From Candidatus Nanopusillus sp. (GTDB lineage Archaea; Nanobdellota; Nanobdellia; Nanobdellales; Nanobdellaceae): a DNA stretch of 28,023 bases. Position numbers and translations under genes: made by a program. Positions 1 through 8,993 of the stretch are shown here, piece after piece. Positions within the stretch are counted from its first letter, which is position 1, and every line of letters begins with the position of its first letter. The notes under the pieces were generated by a model. It was not told the origin of the DNA, did not search any database, and saw only the letters and a list, made by a program, of their open reading frames with translations. The stretch lies in NCBI GenBank assembly GCA_028275775.1, contig JAPWTZ010000006.1, positions 1 to 28,023 of the forward strand. The letters run 5' to 3'.

Positions 1-1345
1 CAACTAAAAAAGATAATAAACCTGCAGCCTGATAATTTAACATTTTATTATCTATAAATAAAGGTAAAGTCCATGGTTTGCTTCTATGTCTTCTAATTAT
101 ATATGATAATCCAAAAGGAGATAATGGTGGAGATAATGCAGCAACTCTTAATAATATATTATTTCCAATTACTAAATCTGTATCCAAAACTGGATTTGCT
201 TCATCAAAAGGTCTTCCAGATATTAACCTTAATTTTGTAGCCCAAGATTCTACTTCTCTTCTAGTTGGAGTTACATTCGTAACACACATTTCATATTTAG
301 AATGCTGTAAATATATTGGAGTTATACCTGCTGGTGGATTTACAAATAGATCTTCCAAATTTTCATCTAATACTATCTTTTCTATTATTCCAAAACCAAT
401 TGTATATCTAATAATTATACTCTTAATTAATTCTAACCTACTTTTATCTATATTTATATTATATATAGACATTAATTTTGTTATTATATTATTTAATATA
501 TTGTTGTATATTTCTCTTAATCTTTCTACATCTAGATAATCTTCTTTTCTAGGTTCATATTCTTGTAAAATTTCTATTGCTTTATGTGATAAAAATGTTT
601 CTTCAGAAAATATTTTATATTCTTCCGGAAATATATAATATCTAAAAACAGTTTCTTCAGGATTTTTTAATATAAAGACTTCTGTATTTTTATCCAATCT
701 ATAAGAATCTACTATATTATAACTTTCAGAAATTTTATTTATATATTTTGTATCTATAAATTTTGGTTTTATATCTCCCAATAATAATCTTCTGTATATT
801 TCTCTATTTCCAATTTGATATCCAATCAGAAATGGTTTAATATACTTATATATAGGCAATGATTCAAATTTTATTAGAAAATTATCAATTAATGATATTA
901 AATTTGATATTTGGTTTTCCAAATCTTTATTATTTTTTAATATTGACATTAATTTTCTTTTCATTCTTCTTATAAATACATATGTACCAATTGGGTCTTT
1001 CAAATATCTTTTATCCAAATAATCTATTATAGTTTTTATTTCTGAATATAGAGGATTTCCAGTTAATAAATATCTATAATATTCTGATATATTACTTTTA
1101 ATGGAAAAATATACATCAAGAAAACTCCTCAATATTTTTATACTATCTTCATAATATTCTATATTTTCATCTTGTTCAATTATTATTGTATTTACAAATG
1201 GATCCATAGACAATATATTTAATATATATTCCATTATATTTGGATCATCTTCAATTGTAGCAATATTGCTATAATTTTTAGCATTTACATATAATACTCT
1301 TTCTTTTCCATTCATTTTAATTTCATATTGTAAATTATTTAGCAT
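1..1345 (-). CDS. Archaeal type IV pilus/archaellum assembly ATPase (FlaI/ArlI-like, GspE-VirB11 superfamily). N-terminal ~448 codons only; the 3' end runs off the window.
   Basis: Absent from the ORF track because there is no stop inside the window. My reverse-strand translation from the ATG at 1345..1343 stays open to position 2. It reads ...IRYTIGFGIIEKIVLDENLEDLFVNPPAGITPIYLQHSKYEMCVTNVTPTRREVESWATKLRLISGRPFDEANPVLDTDLVIGNNILLRVAALSPPLSPFGLSYIIRRHRSKPWTLPLFIDNKMLNYQAAGLLSFLV. This is the conserved block that precedes Walker A in FlaI/archaeal GspE-type ATPases. Confidence 0.8.
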   Translation of the reverse strand, partial: MLNNLQYEIKMNGKERVLYVNAKNYSNIATIEDDPNIMEYILNILSMDPFVNTIIIEQDENIEYYEDSIKILRSFLDVYFSIKSNISEYYRYLLTGNPLYSEIKTIIDYLDKRYLKDPIGTYVFIRRMKRKLMSILKNNKDLENQISNLISLIDNFLIKFESLPIYKYIKPFLIGYQIGNREIYRRLLLGDIKPKFIDTKYINKISESYNIVDSYRLDKNTEVFILKNPEETVFRYYIFPEEYKIFSEETFLSHKAIEILQEYEPRKEDYLDVERLREIYNNILNNIITKLMSIYNINIDKSRLELIKSIIIRYTIGFGIIEKIVLDENLEDLFVNPPAGITPIYLQHSKYEMCVTNVTPTRREVESWATKLRLISGRPFDEANPVLDTDLVIGNNILLRVAALSPPLSPFGLSYIIRRHRSKPWTLPLFIDNKMLNYQAAGLLSFLV

Positions 1346-1383
1346 ATAAAAATTAATATATATTAAAATATAATAGTTTTACT

Positions 1384-1746
1384 ATGAATGATCCAGAGAT
1401 ACTTAGAAGATTAAAATATTTAGAAGAAAAAATTTCAATGTTCAATAATATATTGCAAACTATGGATGTAACTACTAGAAGTTCTTTAGATGATTTTAGA
1501 TTAGAAATGGAAAATATTAAAAAGGAAATAAATGATATAAAACAAGAAATAAATGATATAGAGATAAAAATTAAAGCAATAACTGATGAATTATCAAATT
1601 TTGCTACTGTAGATCAATTAAAAATTATAAATTCTATTTTAGATTACATAAATCCATTTGATTTTGTTACTAAGAAAGAATTGGATAAATTAGTAAAAGA
1701 AAAGATTATGGAATATCTTGATAACTTATACAATCAAAAGAGTTAA
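1384..1746 (+). CDS. Hypothetical coiled-coil protein (120 aa)
   Basis: ATG ORF divergent from the FlaI-like gene. It has heptad-like K/E/I-rich sequence (EINDIKQEINDIEIKIKAI). No family recognised, and it lacks the prefoldin beta-hairpin block. Confidence 0.55.
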   Translation: MNDPEILRRLKYLEEKISMFNNILQTMDVTTRSSLDDFRLEMENIKKEINDIKQEINDIEIKIKAITDELSNFATVDQLKIINSILDYINPFDFVTKKELDKLVKEKIMEYLDNLYNQKS

Positions 1747-1778
1747 ATTTATAATATTCAATATTTTTATTAAGAATT

Positions 1779-2474
1779 ATGAGAAGCTTACTTGGGTTAT
1801 TTAGTAAGAAAGGTAATAAGGATCAGAACAACCAACAGGATTTAGACAATCTATTTCAGGATCTTAATAATCCAATACCACAAAATAATGGGCCATTTAA
1901 TCAATTCCAGCAAAGCAGTAATATTAATCCTCTATCAAATAATTATCAGAATCTTTCTTTTAATCAAATGAATCAACAGATACCATTACAGCAAAATCTT
2001 ACGAATCAATTTAATCAATCATGGAACTTATCCCCACAACCAAATCAACCCCAAAATCAATTTCCACCACAACAAATTCAAAGTCAACCAGAAGTTGGAC
2101 AAGGAAGTTTTGTTATAGATGAAAAAATTGAACAATATATAAATAATACGGTAAATGAAATATTAAAAGATAAATTAGGTGAAGTAAATGATGAATTATC
2201 ACAAATAAAAATATGGAAAGAGAAAGTAGAATATCTTATTAATAAAATGCAAGAACAAATTGATAAATTAGATAATAAAATAACTGAAATAAATAATTTA
2301 GCAACTAAGAAACTAGAAGAATATGATAAAGGAATGCAAGAAGCAACAACAGAAATACAAGCATTACATAGATTAATAAGAACGATGATACCTGCTATAT
2401 CTGAATCTACAAAAGAATTGAGAGAAACAGTAGAGGAATTAAAATCTTTAAGGGATTCTATTAGAAAACCATAA
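1779..2474 (+). CDS. Hypothetical protein with a Q/N-rich low-complexity N-terminal half and a C-terminal coiled coil (231 aa)
   Basis: ATG ORF. Residues ~15-105 are dominated by Q, N and P (NQFQQSSNINPLSNNYQNLSFNQMNQQIPLQQNL...). The C-terminal half is heptad-like. The N-terminus is MRSLLGLFSKKG. Confidence 0.6.
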   Translation: MRSLLGLFSKKGNKDQNNQQDLDNLFQDLNNPIPQNNGPFNQFQQSSNINPLSNNYQNLSFNQMNQQIPLQQNLTNQFNQSWNLSPQPNQPQNQFPPQQIQSQPEVGQGSFVIDEKIEQYINNTVNEILKDKLGEVNDELSQIKIWKEKVEYLINKMQEQIDKLDNKITEINNLATKKLEEYDKGMQEATTEIQALHRLIRTMIPAISESTKELRETVEELKSLRDSIRKP

Positions 2475-2504
2475 TTTTTTAATCTTTTTTAATAAATTTT
2501 ATTG

Positions 2505-2900
2505 ATGGATAAAAAAGAAACAATAATAGTAGGATTTATATTATTAATATTATTAGCAGTTGGGTTTATAGTTGCCCCTTTATTATATCCAATAAATAAT
2601 AACCAAAATTTAAATCAGAATGAATTATATCAAATATCTCAAATTGCCCAATATTGCCAAGCTCTATGTATATATGCAAAGTACAATTTATCTATAACTA
2701 ATTTAAGCAATACATGTTTAGTATCTAAAAATTCTATATTATATCAATCATGGATTTCTTATCCAAATGCATATAATTGGGGATGCGAAGTATCAAATAG
2801 CAATTTGAATTTATGCAACAATAGTAATTATATAGTATTAGATGAAAATTGTTCAATAATTAATATATATTACCAAAATAAGCAATTAAATATAGCATGA
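2505..2900 (+). CDS. Small N-terminally membrane-anchored, Cys/Asn-rich, probably extracellular protein
   Basis: One hydrophobic helix after MDKKE (TIIVGFILLILLAVGFIVAPLL), 6 Cys, and several N-x-S/T sequons (NLS, NLSNT, NNS, NCS). The track starts at TTG 2502; ATG 2505 is more likely. The stop overlaps the next gene (ATGA). Confidence 0.55.
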   Translation: MDKKETIIVGFILLILLAVGFIVAPLLYPINNNQNLNQNELYQISQIAQYCQALCIYAKYNLSITNLSNTCLVSKNSILYQSWISYPNAYNWGCEVSNSNLNLCNNSNYIVLDENCSIINIYYQNKQLNIA

Positions 2901-3622
2901 AATATATAGATTCTCATTGCCATCTATATAAATTCAATGAAATAGAAATTAAAAGAATAATAAGAAATAAAGATATAATAATATTGTCTGTTTCTGAGGA
3001 TTTAGAATCATCATTAAAAAATTTAATTTTATCTCAATTAAATGAAAATGTAATACCAGCTATAGGAATTCATCCATGGAATATAGAAAAAGTAAATGAA
3101 AATGCATTTAAAATAATAGAAGATATAATAAAAGATAATAAAATAAAAATACTTGGAGAAATTGGATTAGATAAAAAATTTAAACCAGAAACATTTGAAA
3201 AACAGAAGGAAATTTTTGAGAAATTCTTAAATTTGGCAAAAGAATACGACTTAAACCTAAATCTTCACACTCCAAATGCTTCAAATGAAGTATTTGATCT
3301 TTTAATAAAGTATGATATTAAAAAGGCATATTTTCATTGGTATAGTGGAGATGAAAAATTACTAGAAGAGATAATTAATAAAGGATATTTCATAGGAATA
3401 AATGTTGCAACAATAATAAATGAAAAATATAAAAAATATATAGAAATTGCAAATATAAAAAATATAATAACTGAGTCTGACGGACCATATAATTATAAAG
3501 GTATTATACTTCATCCAGACATGCTAAAAGATCTTTATAAACTAATTTCAGATATAAGAAAAATAAATCTAGAAGAACTATCAAATATTATACAAAACAA
3601 TTTTGCCAGGTTTATATATTAA
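2897..3622 (+). CDS. TatD-family metal-dependent hydrolase/DNase
   Basis: TatD motifs appear in order: IDSHCHL, GEIGLD, NLHTP, HWYSG, ESDGPY. Confidence 0.85.
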   Translation: MKYIDSHCHLYKFNEIEIKRIIRNKDIIILSVSEDLESSLKNLILSQLNENVIPAIGIHPWNIEKVNENAFKIIEDIIKDNKIKILGEIGLDKKFKPETFEKQKEIFEKFLNLAKEYDLNLNLHTPNASNEVFDLLIKYDIKKAYFHWYSGDEKLLEEIINKGYFIGINVATIINEKYKKYIEIANIKNIITESDGPYNYKGIILHPDMLKDLYKLISDIRKINLEELSNIIQNNFARFIY

Positions 3623-3720
3623 CATATTGTTAAAGTTACTTAACGTTAAGTTAATATTTATAAATTTTAAGATAGATATTCATTAACGTTATATTAAATA
3701 TGATTAACATGATGTTAATC
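3619..3720. promoter_or_regulatory. Cluster of four TTAAC/GTTAA inverted repeats in the tatD-tfe intergenic region (candidate operator sites)
   Basis: ttaacatattgttaa (3619-3633), the perfect 14-bp palindrome acttaacgttaagt (3638-3651), ttaacgtta (3683-3691), and the perfect 9+1+9 palindrome gattaacatgatgttaatc (3702-3720). Confidence 0.35.
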
Positions 3721-3734
3721 AATAATGTTTATAA

Positions 3735-4274
3735 ATGTCAAAAAACTTTATAGGTATTATGAGCTACTTGCTAAACGAAAACTATTTAAAAATATTAGAA
3801 TATATAGCAGATAAAAAAGAATTTACAGAAAGAGAAATAAAAAGACAATTAAAGATAAAAGAAGAAGAAATTAGGAAACTATTATATATATTAGAAGAAA
3901 ATAACATAGTATACCCAATAAGCATAATAAATAATAATGGAAAATTTGATTTCAGATGGGGGAATAAAATACCAGATAGAGAAAAATTATTTAGCTTATT
4001 GATTAATAAAGAAATTGATAGAATTAATGAAGAAATTAAAAATACTCCAAAGACATTGTACTATTGTAATGAATGTGGAAGTGCATATACCTTTGATGAG
4101 GCATATGAAAATGATTTTATATGCAAAGAATGTGGATCATTATTAACAGAAAAGGAAAATTTCAGGATAATTGAATTAGAAAATATTGTACATAACTTAC
4201 AAATGTTATTAGATAAATATACTTCAAAAGTTACAAAGAAAGAAAAGGCATCAAAAGCAAGAGGTAAAAAATAA
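3735..4274 (+). CDS. tfe: Transcription factor E alpha subunit (TFE/TFIIE-alpha homolog)
   Basis: N-terminal winged-helix-like region (LKILEYIADKKEFTEREIKRQLKIKEEEIRKLLYILEENNIV) followed by a 4-Cys zinc ribbon (CNECGS...x17...CKECGS). Size is typical for archaeal TFE. Confidence 0.7.
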   Translation: MSKNFIGIMSYLLNENYLKILEYIADKKEFTEREIKRQLKIKEEEIRKLLYILEENNIVYPISIINNNGKFDFRWGNKIPDREKLFSLLINKEIDRINEEIKNTPKTLYYCNECGSAYTFDEAYENDFICKECGSLLTEKENFRIIELENIVHNLQMLLDKYTSKVTKKEKASKARGKK

Positions 4275-4304
4275 TTTTTTATTCTTTATTTAAATCTATA
4301 TTTA

Positions 4305-5456
4305 ATGATATTTAAAGTTAAAATATATGATTTAACTGATATATTTAAAGAAACAAAATCAAAGTTGGTTAAATCAAATATAGAAAATGGAGCTAGAGTA
4401 TATGGAATAAAACTTGATAAAATGAAAGGAATGATTGGATTTGAAATACTACCAAATAGAAGAATAGGAACTGAATTTGCTGATATTGCAAAAAAATTTG
4501 GATTAAAGGGAATATTACATTCAGATGAATTACCAAACTATGGGATATCTGAAGAAGAAGTAAATAATGTTAAAAAAATGTTAAATTGTTCAGATGAAGA
4601 TGCATTTATATTATTAATATCAAAAGATTATGAAGTAGCTAAGAAAGTTTTTAACTTAATAATAAATAGAATAAATGAATCAATTAAAAAAATACCAAAA
4701 GATACTAGACAAGCAAATGATGATGGAACTACATCTTTTTTAAGACCACAACCTGGTTCTGAAAGAATGTATCCAGAAACTGATCATCCTTATATATATA
4801 TTAATAAAGATATTATTGAAAATAATGAATACAATATAATAAGGTATAATATAAGTTATGGGGATATTAAAGAGACATTTGATATATATTATTTAAAGAA
4901 ATTTGATAAAAATCTATATATTAAATTGTTAAATGAAGGTAAAACAATATTAAATTCTATTGATCCAGAATTTGTTAAACAAATATTAAAATCTTTTGGA
5001 TATAATGATAAACAAATTGAAAATATAATATGGAGTGAATATATAAATGATATAATAAAAATATCATTTGATATAGATCCAAATACTGTATATTATTTAT
5101 TCTTTCAAATGATTGGAGATACTGAAAATTTATTTAAAGAAAAAATAGAAAAATTTGATTTAGATTTTATATATAAAATAAAAGATTACTTAAAAGATAA
5201 GAAGATTGTAAAAAATGCAATTCCAATAATATATTATCATTATATTAAATATAATAAAAATATTGAAGATATAATAAAAGAGAATAATTTATATAAAAGG
5301 AATAAGGAGGAATTAAAGAAAGAAATTGAAGAATATATAAAATCTTTAAATACTAATGATAAAAAAGTTATCTTTTCAAATGTATTTAGTAAGTTTAAAT
5401 ATGTAGCAGATAGTGAGGACATAAAAAAAGTATTGGAAGAAATATTAAATATATAA
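4305..5456 (+). CDS. gatE: Glu-tRNA(Gln) amidotransferase subunit E (GatE), C-terminal ~60% only; the N-terminal cradle part is missing
   Basis: Residues 70-90 carry the GatE-specific insertion-domain block (GILHSDELPNYGISEEEV). Residues 146-162 carry the GatB/E signature (LRPQPGSERMYPETDHP). The ORF is 383 aa, against roughly 600-630 aa for characterised GatE. Only 10 sense codons separate its ATG from the in-frame tfe stop. Confidence 0.7.
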   Translation: MIFKVKIYDLTDIFKETKSKLVKSNIENGARVYGIKLDKMKGMIGFEILPNRRIGTEFADIAKKFGLKGILHSDELPNYGISEEEVNNVKKMLNCSDEDAFILLISKDYEVAKKVFNLIINRINESIKKIPKDTRQANDDGTTSFLRPQPGSERMYPETDHPYIYINKDIIENNEYNIIRYNISYGDIKETFDIYYLKKFDKNLYIKLLNEGKTILNSIDPEFVKQILKSFGYNDKQIENIIWSEYINDIIKISFDIDPNTVYYLFFQMIGDTENLFKEKIEKFDLDFIYKIKDYLKDKKIVKNAIPIIYYHYIKYNKNIEDIIKENNLYKRNKEELKKEIEEYIKSLNTNDKKVIFSNVFSKFKYVADSEDIKKVLEEILNI

Positions 5457-5478
5457 AATTTTTATATATTAAATTTTT

Positions 5479-5886
5479 ATGGAAGAATGCATATTTTGTA
5501 AAATAATAAATAAAGAAATTCCTTCATATATATTGTATGAAGATGAATATTCTATAGCATTTTTAGATATAAATCCAGTTAATAAAGGGCATACATTATT
5601 TGTACCAAAAAAGCATTTTGATAGAATATCAAATATTGATGATGAATATATAAAGAACTTTTATAGAAGTTTTACAAAGTTCTTAAAATTATTTGAGGAA
5701 AAAATATCAAAAGATTATAATATAATAGTAAATAATGGAAAAAATGCTGGACAAGCTGTATTTCATGCACATATACATATAATACCTCAATATAATGAAA
5801 ATGGATATAAAAATATATTTAATTGGAATACACACAAATTATCAAAAGAAGAAGCTGAAGAAATAATAAAAAAATTTAATTCTTAG
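5479..5886 (+). CDS. HIT-family (histidine triad) nucleotide hydrolase/transferase
   Basis: Histidine triad HAHIHIIP plus the N-terminal CIFCKI motif. 135 aa. Confidence 0.9.
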   Translation: MEECIFCKIINKEIPSYILYEDEYSIAFLDINPVNKGHTLFVPKKHFDRISNIDDEYIKNFYRSFTKFLKLFEEKISKDYNIIVNNGKNAGQAVFHAHIHIIPQYNENGYKNIFNWNTHKLSKEEAEEIIKKFNS

Positions 5887-6575
5887 ACTTCTTTATATTC
5901 AATAATTCCATCATTTACTATTTTAAATTTTATAGATATTCCTTCTGGTAAATATCTATGCTTTCTTAATATTGCTTCTCTAATACCATTATCTAAAATT
6001 CTTAATTCAATCAAACATTTTGACCAATATTTTATTAAATCTCCTCCAACAATTCCAATTGTATCTTTGTTATCAAATAAAGAATATACTTGATTTATAA
6101 CTAGAACTGGTATATTATATTTTCTAGAAATTTCTGAAAATATTTGTAATTGTTTTGCAAGTTCTATATTTACTTCATTTACATTACTATCTCCTCTTTC
6201 TAATCTATATAACATTGATATTGAATCTACAACAATTAATCCTACATCATTAAAATTCTTTTTTACATAATCATATGTTAAATATATTGCCTTTTTTTGT
6301 TCAGAAAAATTTACAGGTTTATATAATAATATATTTTTCATTACATTCTCAAAATCTTCTTTTGCAATTTGTTTTAATCTTTCAAAAGAAAAACCACCTT
6401 CAGTATCGATATATATTACTTTTTTTCCTAATCTAGATATATTATAAGAACTTATTATTGCAATATTTGTTTTTCCAGATGCAGAAGGACCATAAAATGA
6501 TGTAATAATATCTGTTTCAATACCCCCATCTAATAATTTATCTATTGGATATATTCCAGTAGAAATTTTACTCAT
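5883..6575 (-). CDS. radB: RadB, a RecA/RadA-paralog recombination protein
   Basis: 230 aa. Contains LDGGIETDIITSFYGPSASGKTN (Walker A), VIYIDTEGGFSFERL, and Walker B LIVVDS. It lacks the N-terminal HhH domain of RadA. Confidence 0.8.
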   Translation of the reverse strand: MSKISTGIYPIDKLLDGGIETDIITSFYGPSASGKTNIAIISSYNISRLGKKVIYIDTEGGFSFERLKQIAKEDFENVMKNILLYKPVNFSEQKKAIYLTYDYVKKNFNDVGLIVVDSISMLYRLERGDSNVNEVNIELAKQLQIFSEISRKYNIPVLVINQVYSLFDNKDTIGIVGGDLIKYWSKCLIELRILDNGIREAILRKHRYLPEGISIKFKIVNDGIIEYKEV

Positions 6576-6609
6576 ATAAAATTTTTTCTATTATTTTTTA
6601 AAAGTATAA

Positions 6610-7890
6610 CTAATATTTAATTTCAATTTCCTTTTCCCCTATTTTAATATATAAATACTTTGCTTTCTTTCTAATACTATTTTTATAATTATTTATTATA
6701 AATTCTAATGCTTTATATATATCATTTATTTTTCTTTTTGTAACTGCATATATTTTTCCATTTCTAATTATTAATTCTTCATTCTTATGCTTCTCATAAA
6801 ATTTATTATAATTTTTTTCTTCCCATAACAATGGACCTTCTCTTATTTCATATTCTGGTAATTTATCTGGATAATATAATATATAACCATATAAATAATT
6901 TTCATCAAAAAAGTAATAATAATTGAAGATTTTGAATCCAATATTATTTATCCACTTTTTAATATTATTAAATAATGATAAAGCTTTACTATTTTTTATA
7001 TCTTTATTATTTGAATCTCCTTCAATTTTTAAATATATCATATTTACATTATATTTTTCAGCCAATTTTTTTATTTCATCATAATTCATATATATTTTAT
7101 TAAAAAAGAATTTTTCTTTATCTTCAGATAATAAAAATAATCTAGAATAATATATAAATTCTGAAAATTTTTGTAAAGAAACTGAAGCTGCAACATTTCT
7201 ATATTTATCAGTTGGATCAATTATTATTATTGGGGATTTTATTTTATCCTTTGATAGATTTTTCTTTATTTCATCATAATCTTTATAATATTTTTCCAAA
7301 TCTATTATTACTTTTGGTTTCCATTTTGATACATTTTTTATTGTATTTTCAAAAGATCCATAATTTATTAATATTAATTCTATTGCATATCCAGAAAATC
7401 CTCTAACATAAGATTCTGCCCCATAAACATTTATATTCTTTGTAAATAATTTTAGTAATCTAACTTCATCTTTCATCTTTTCATTTAATTTACTTATTAC
7501 ATATTTAACATGAAATGGAGAAAGATCTGTAGTATTTTTTGCTTCTTTTACATCATTTATTTTTAATATTGGAACTAATTCAAATATTAAACCTTTATAA
7601 CTTACTTTAAAATAATCTCTAGAACCTTTTATCCTTATATAATCTAAATTTTCTTTCTTTAATACATTTTCAACAATATTAGATATATTTTTATCATCTT
7701 TAAATAATAGAAAAGTATCTACATCAAAATCATTTTTTATCCATGTATCCTTTGCAAAAGATCCTCCTAAAAATGGTTCTAAATTATTTGATCTTAATAT
7801 ATCGAAAAATTCATTTATTATATTATATACTTTTCTTTTTTCTTCCTCAGATGGTTTTATTTTAGATAATATTTTATTATAATCTATCAT
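6610..7890 (-). CDS. cca: CCA-adding enzyme (archaeal class I tRNA nucleotidyltransferase)
   Basis: GGSFAKDTWIKNDFDVDTFLLF matches the class I nucleotidyltransferase G-S...D-x-D core. At 426 aa, length and layout are typical of archaeal Cca. Confidence 0.85.
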   Translation of the reverse strand: MIDYNKILSKIKPSEEEKRKVYNIINEFFDILRSNNLEPFLGGSFAKDTWIKNDFDVDTFLLFKDDKNISNIVENVLKKENLDYIRIKGSRDYFKVSYKGLIFELVPILKINDVKEAKNTTDLSPFHVKYVISKLNEKMKDEVRLLKLFTKNINVYGAESYVRGFSGYAIELILINYGSFENTIKNVSKWKPKVIIDLEKYYKDYDEIKKNLSKDKIKSPIIIIDPTDKYRNVAASVSLQKFSEFIYYSRLFLLSEDKEKFFFNKIYMNYDEIKKLAEKYNVNMIYLKIEGDSNNKDIKNSKALSLFNNIKKWINNIGFKIFNYYYFFDENYLYGYILYYPDKLPEYEIREGPLLWEEKNYNKFYEKHKNEELIIRNGKIYAVTKRKINDIYKALEFIINNYKNSIRKKAKYLYIKIGEKEIEIKY

Positions 7891-8969
7891 ATTTTAAATC
7901 TTAATATTGCACCTATTTTAAAGTTTGAAAATTGTTCCCCTTCAGGATGATTTTTTGATATTATTTCAACTTTCGCATTTGTTTGTTCAATTAATTCAAT
8001 TAATTCCTTAATCTTATCCTTATAATCTTCAGATATTAATATTGTATCTACTGCACCAATTTCTAATGCTTTTTTTACATCATCAAATCCATAAACTACT
8101 AAACCAGTTCCTTTTCCAAGATGCTCAAAAAATAATTTTGTTAATTCTATTTCTCTTACATATTCTGTTTTTTCTAATACATCCTTTGCCCTTTCTAATA
8201 ATTCTTTTAATCCATATTCATTTGAATATGCTGTATCATATACACCTAAAATCTTTTGTTTAATATGATATGGTAAATAATCTCCATTAACAAATTGCTC
8301 TTTAAGTAAACCAGGTCCTCCAACTAATATACCAACCAATTTATCCAAATCTTTTTCAAAATAATTTCTAACTTCATCTGCTAAATATTTTAACCATAAA
8401 TGAACATCCTGTTCTATTAATCTTTGAAATCTTACAGAAGATTGTCCTCCAGCCCTCATTTTACCGGGAACCCATGATTGTTTATTTTCTAATATTATTA
8501 GTTGATTACCCTTTAATACCCCTATAGAAGCTTCTCCCCTATCTAAAACAATTAATCCATATATTTGTTTTGGTGATATTAGTTCTTTTAAAGGATCTAA
8601 TACAAATCTTGAATCACATCTATATAATCTAATATTTAATTTATCTGGAGGCTCTATTGCCCATAACCTTATATCAACATCCCCAGGTCTATTTGAAATA
8701 TTTCCACAAAATACTACTAAACCATTATCAGGAAGTTTTTTCAATCCTTTTAAATAATTTATAATTTTTGCCAATGCATCCATTACATGTTGTCTAGTAT
8801 TTTTATCCTTAATATTTTGTGCAGTTGAATATTCATAACTTAGATGATCTAAAACTTTTGTTAAATCATATCCTGATGGTATATAATATGAAATTAGTTC
8901 TGTAGCTCTACCATTATACTTACTTAATTCTTCTATTAACATTTGTAATTCAAGTTCTTTAACATCCAT
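7887..8969 (-). CDS. prf1: Peptide chain release factor aRF1
   Basis: GGQ motif (KMRAGGQSSVRFQRL), a NIKS-type motif present as NIKD (TAQNIKDKNTR), YxCxxxF (YRCDSRF), and a C-terminus of GAILRFKI. Confidence 0.9.
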   Translation of the reverse strand: MDVKELELQMLIEELSKYNGRATELISYYIPSGYDLTKVLDHLSYEYSTAQNIKDKNTRQHVMDALAKIINYLKGLKKLPDNGLVVFCGNISNRPGDVDIRLWAIEPPDKLNIRLYRCDSRFVLDPLKELISPKQIYGLIVLDRGEASIGVLKGNQLIILENKQSWVPGKMRAGGQSSVRFQRLIEQDVHLWLKYLADEVRNYFEKDLDKLVGILVGGPGLLKEQFVNGDYLPYHIKQKILGVYDTAYSNEYGLKELLERAKDVLEKTEYVREIELTKLFFEHLGKGTGLVVYGFDDVKKALEIGAVDTILISEDYKDKIKELIELIEQTNAKVEIISKNHPEGEQFSNFKIGAILRFKI

Positions 8970-8993
8970 TATATAGAAAATTAAGAATAATTT

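Noticed and set aside
78-539. 153-aa plus-strand ORF from the track
   Set aside because: It lies antisense to the well-supported FlaI-like CDS (1-1345, minus strand). Its translation is low-complexity I/L/N-rich, typical of a shadow ORF in AT-rich DNA.
1384-1746. 120-aa coiled-coil protein considered as a prefoldin beta subunit
   Set aside because: The size fits, but the central beta-hairpin block of prefoldin is absent. It is left as hypothetical.
7040-7090. C/D-box-like string on the minus strand (AUGAUGA, 14 nt, CUGA) inside cca
   Set aside because: It lies in frame within the conserved Cca coding sequence (YDEIKKLAEKYN). The spacing is wrong (14 nt) and no C'/D pair follows. Other AUGAUGA hits (2188, 4727, 5637, 16824) also lack a correctly spaced CUGA.
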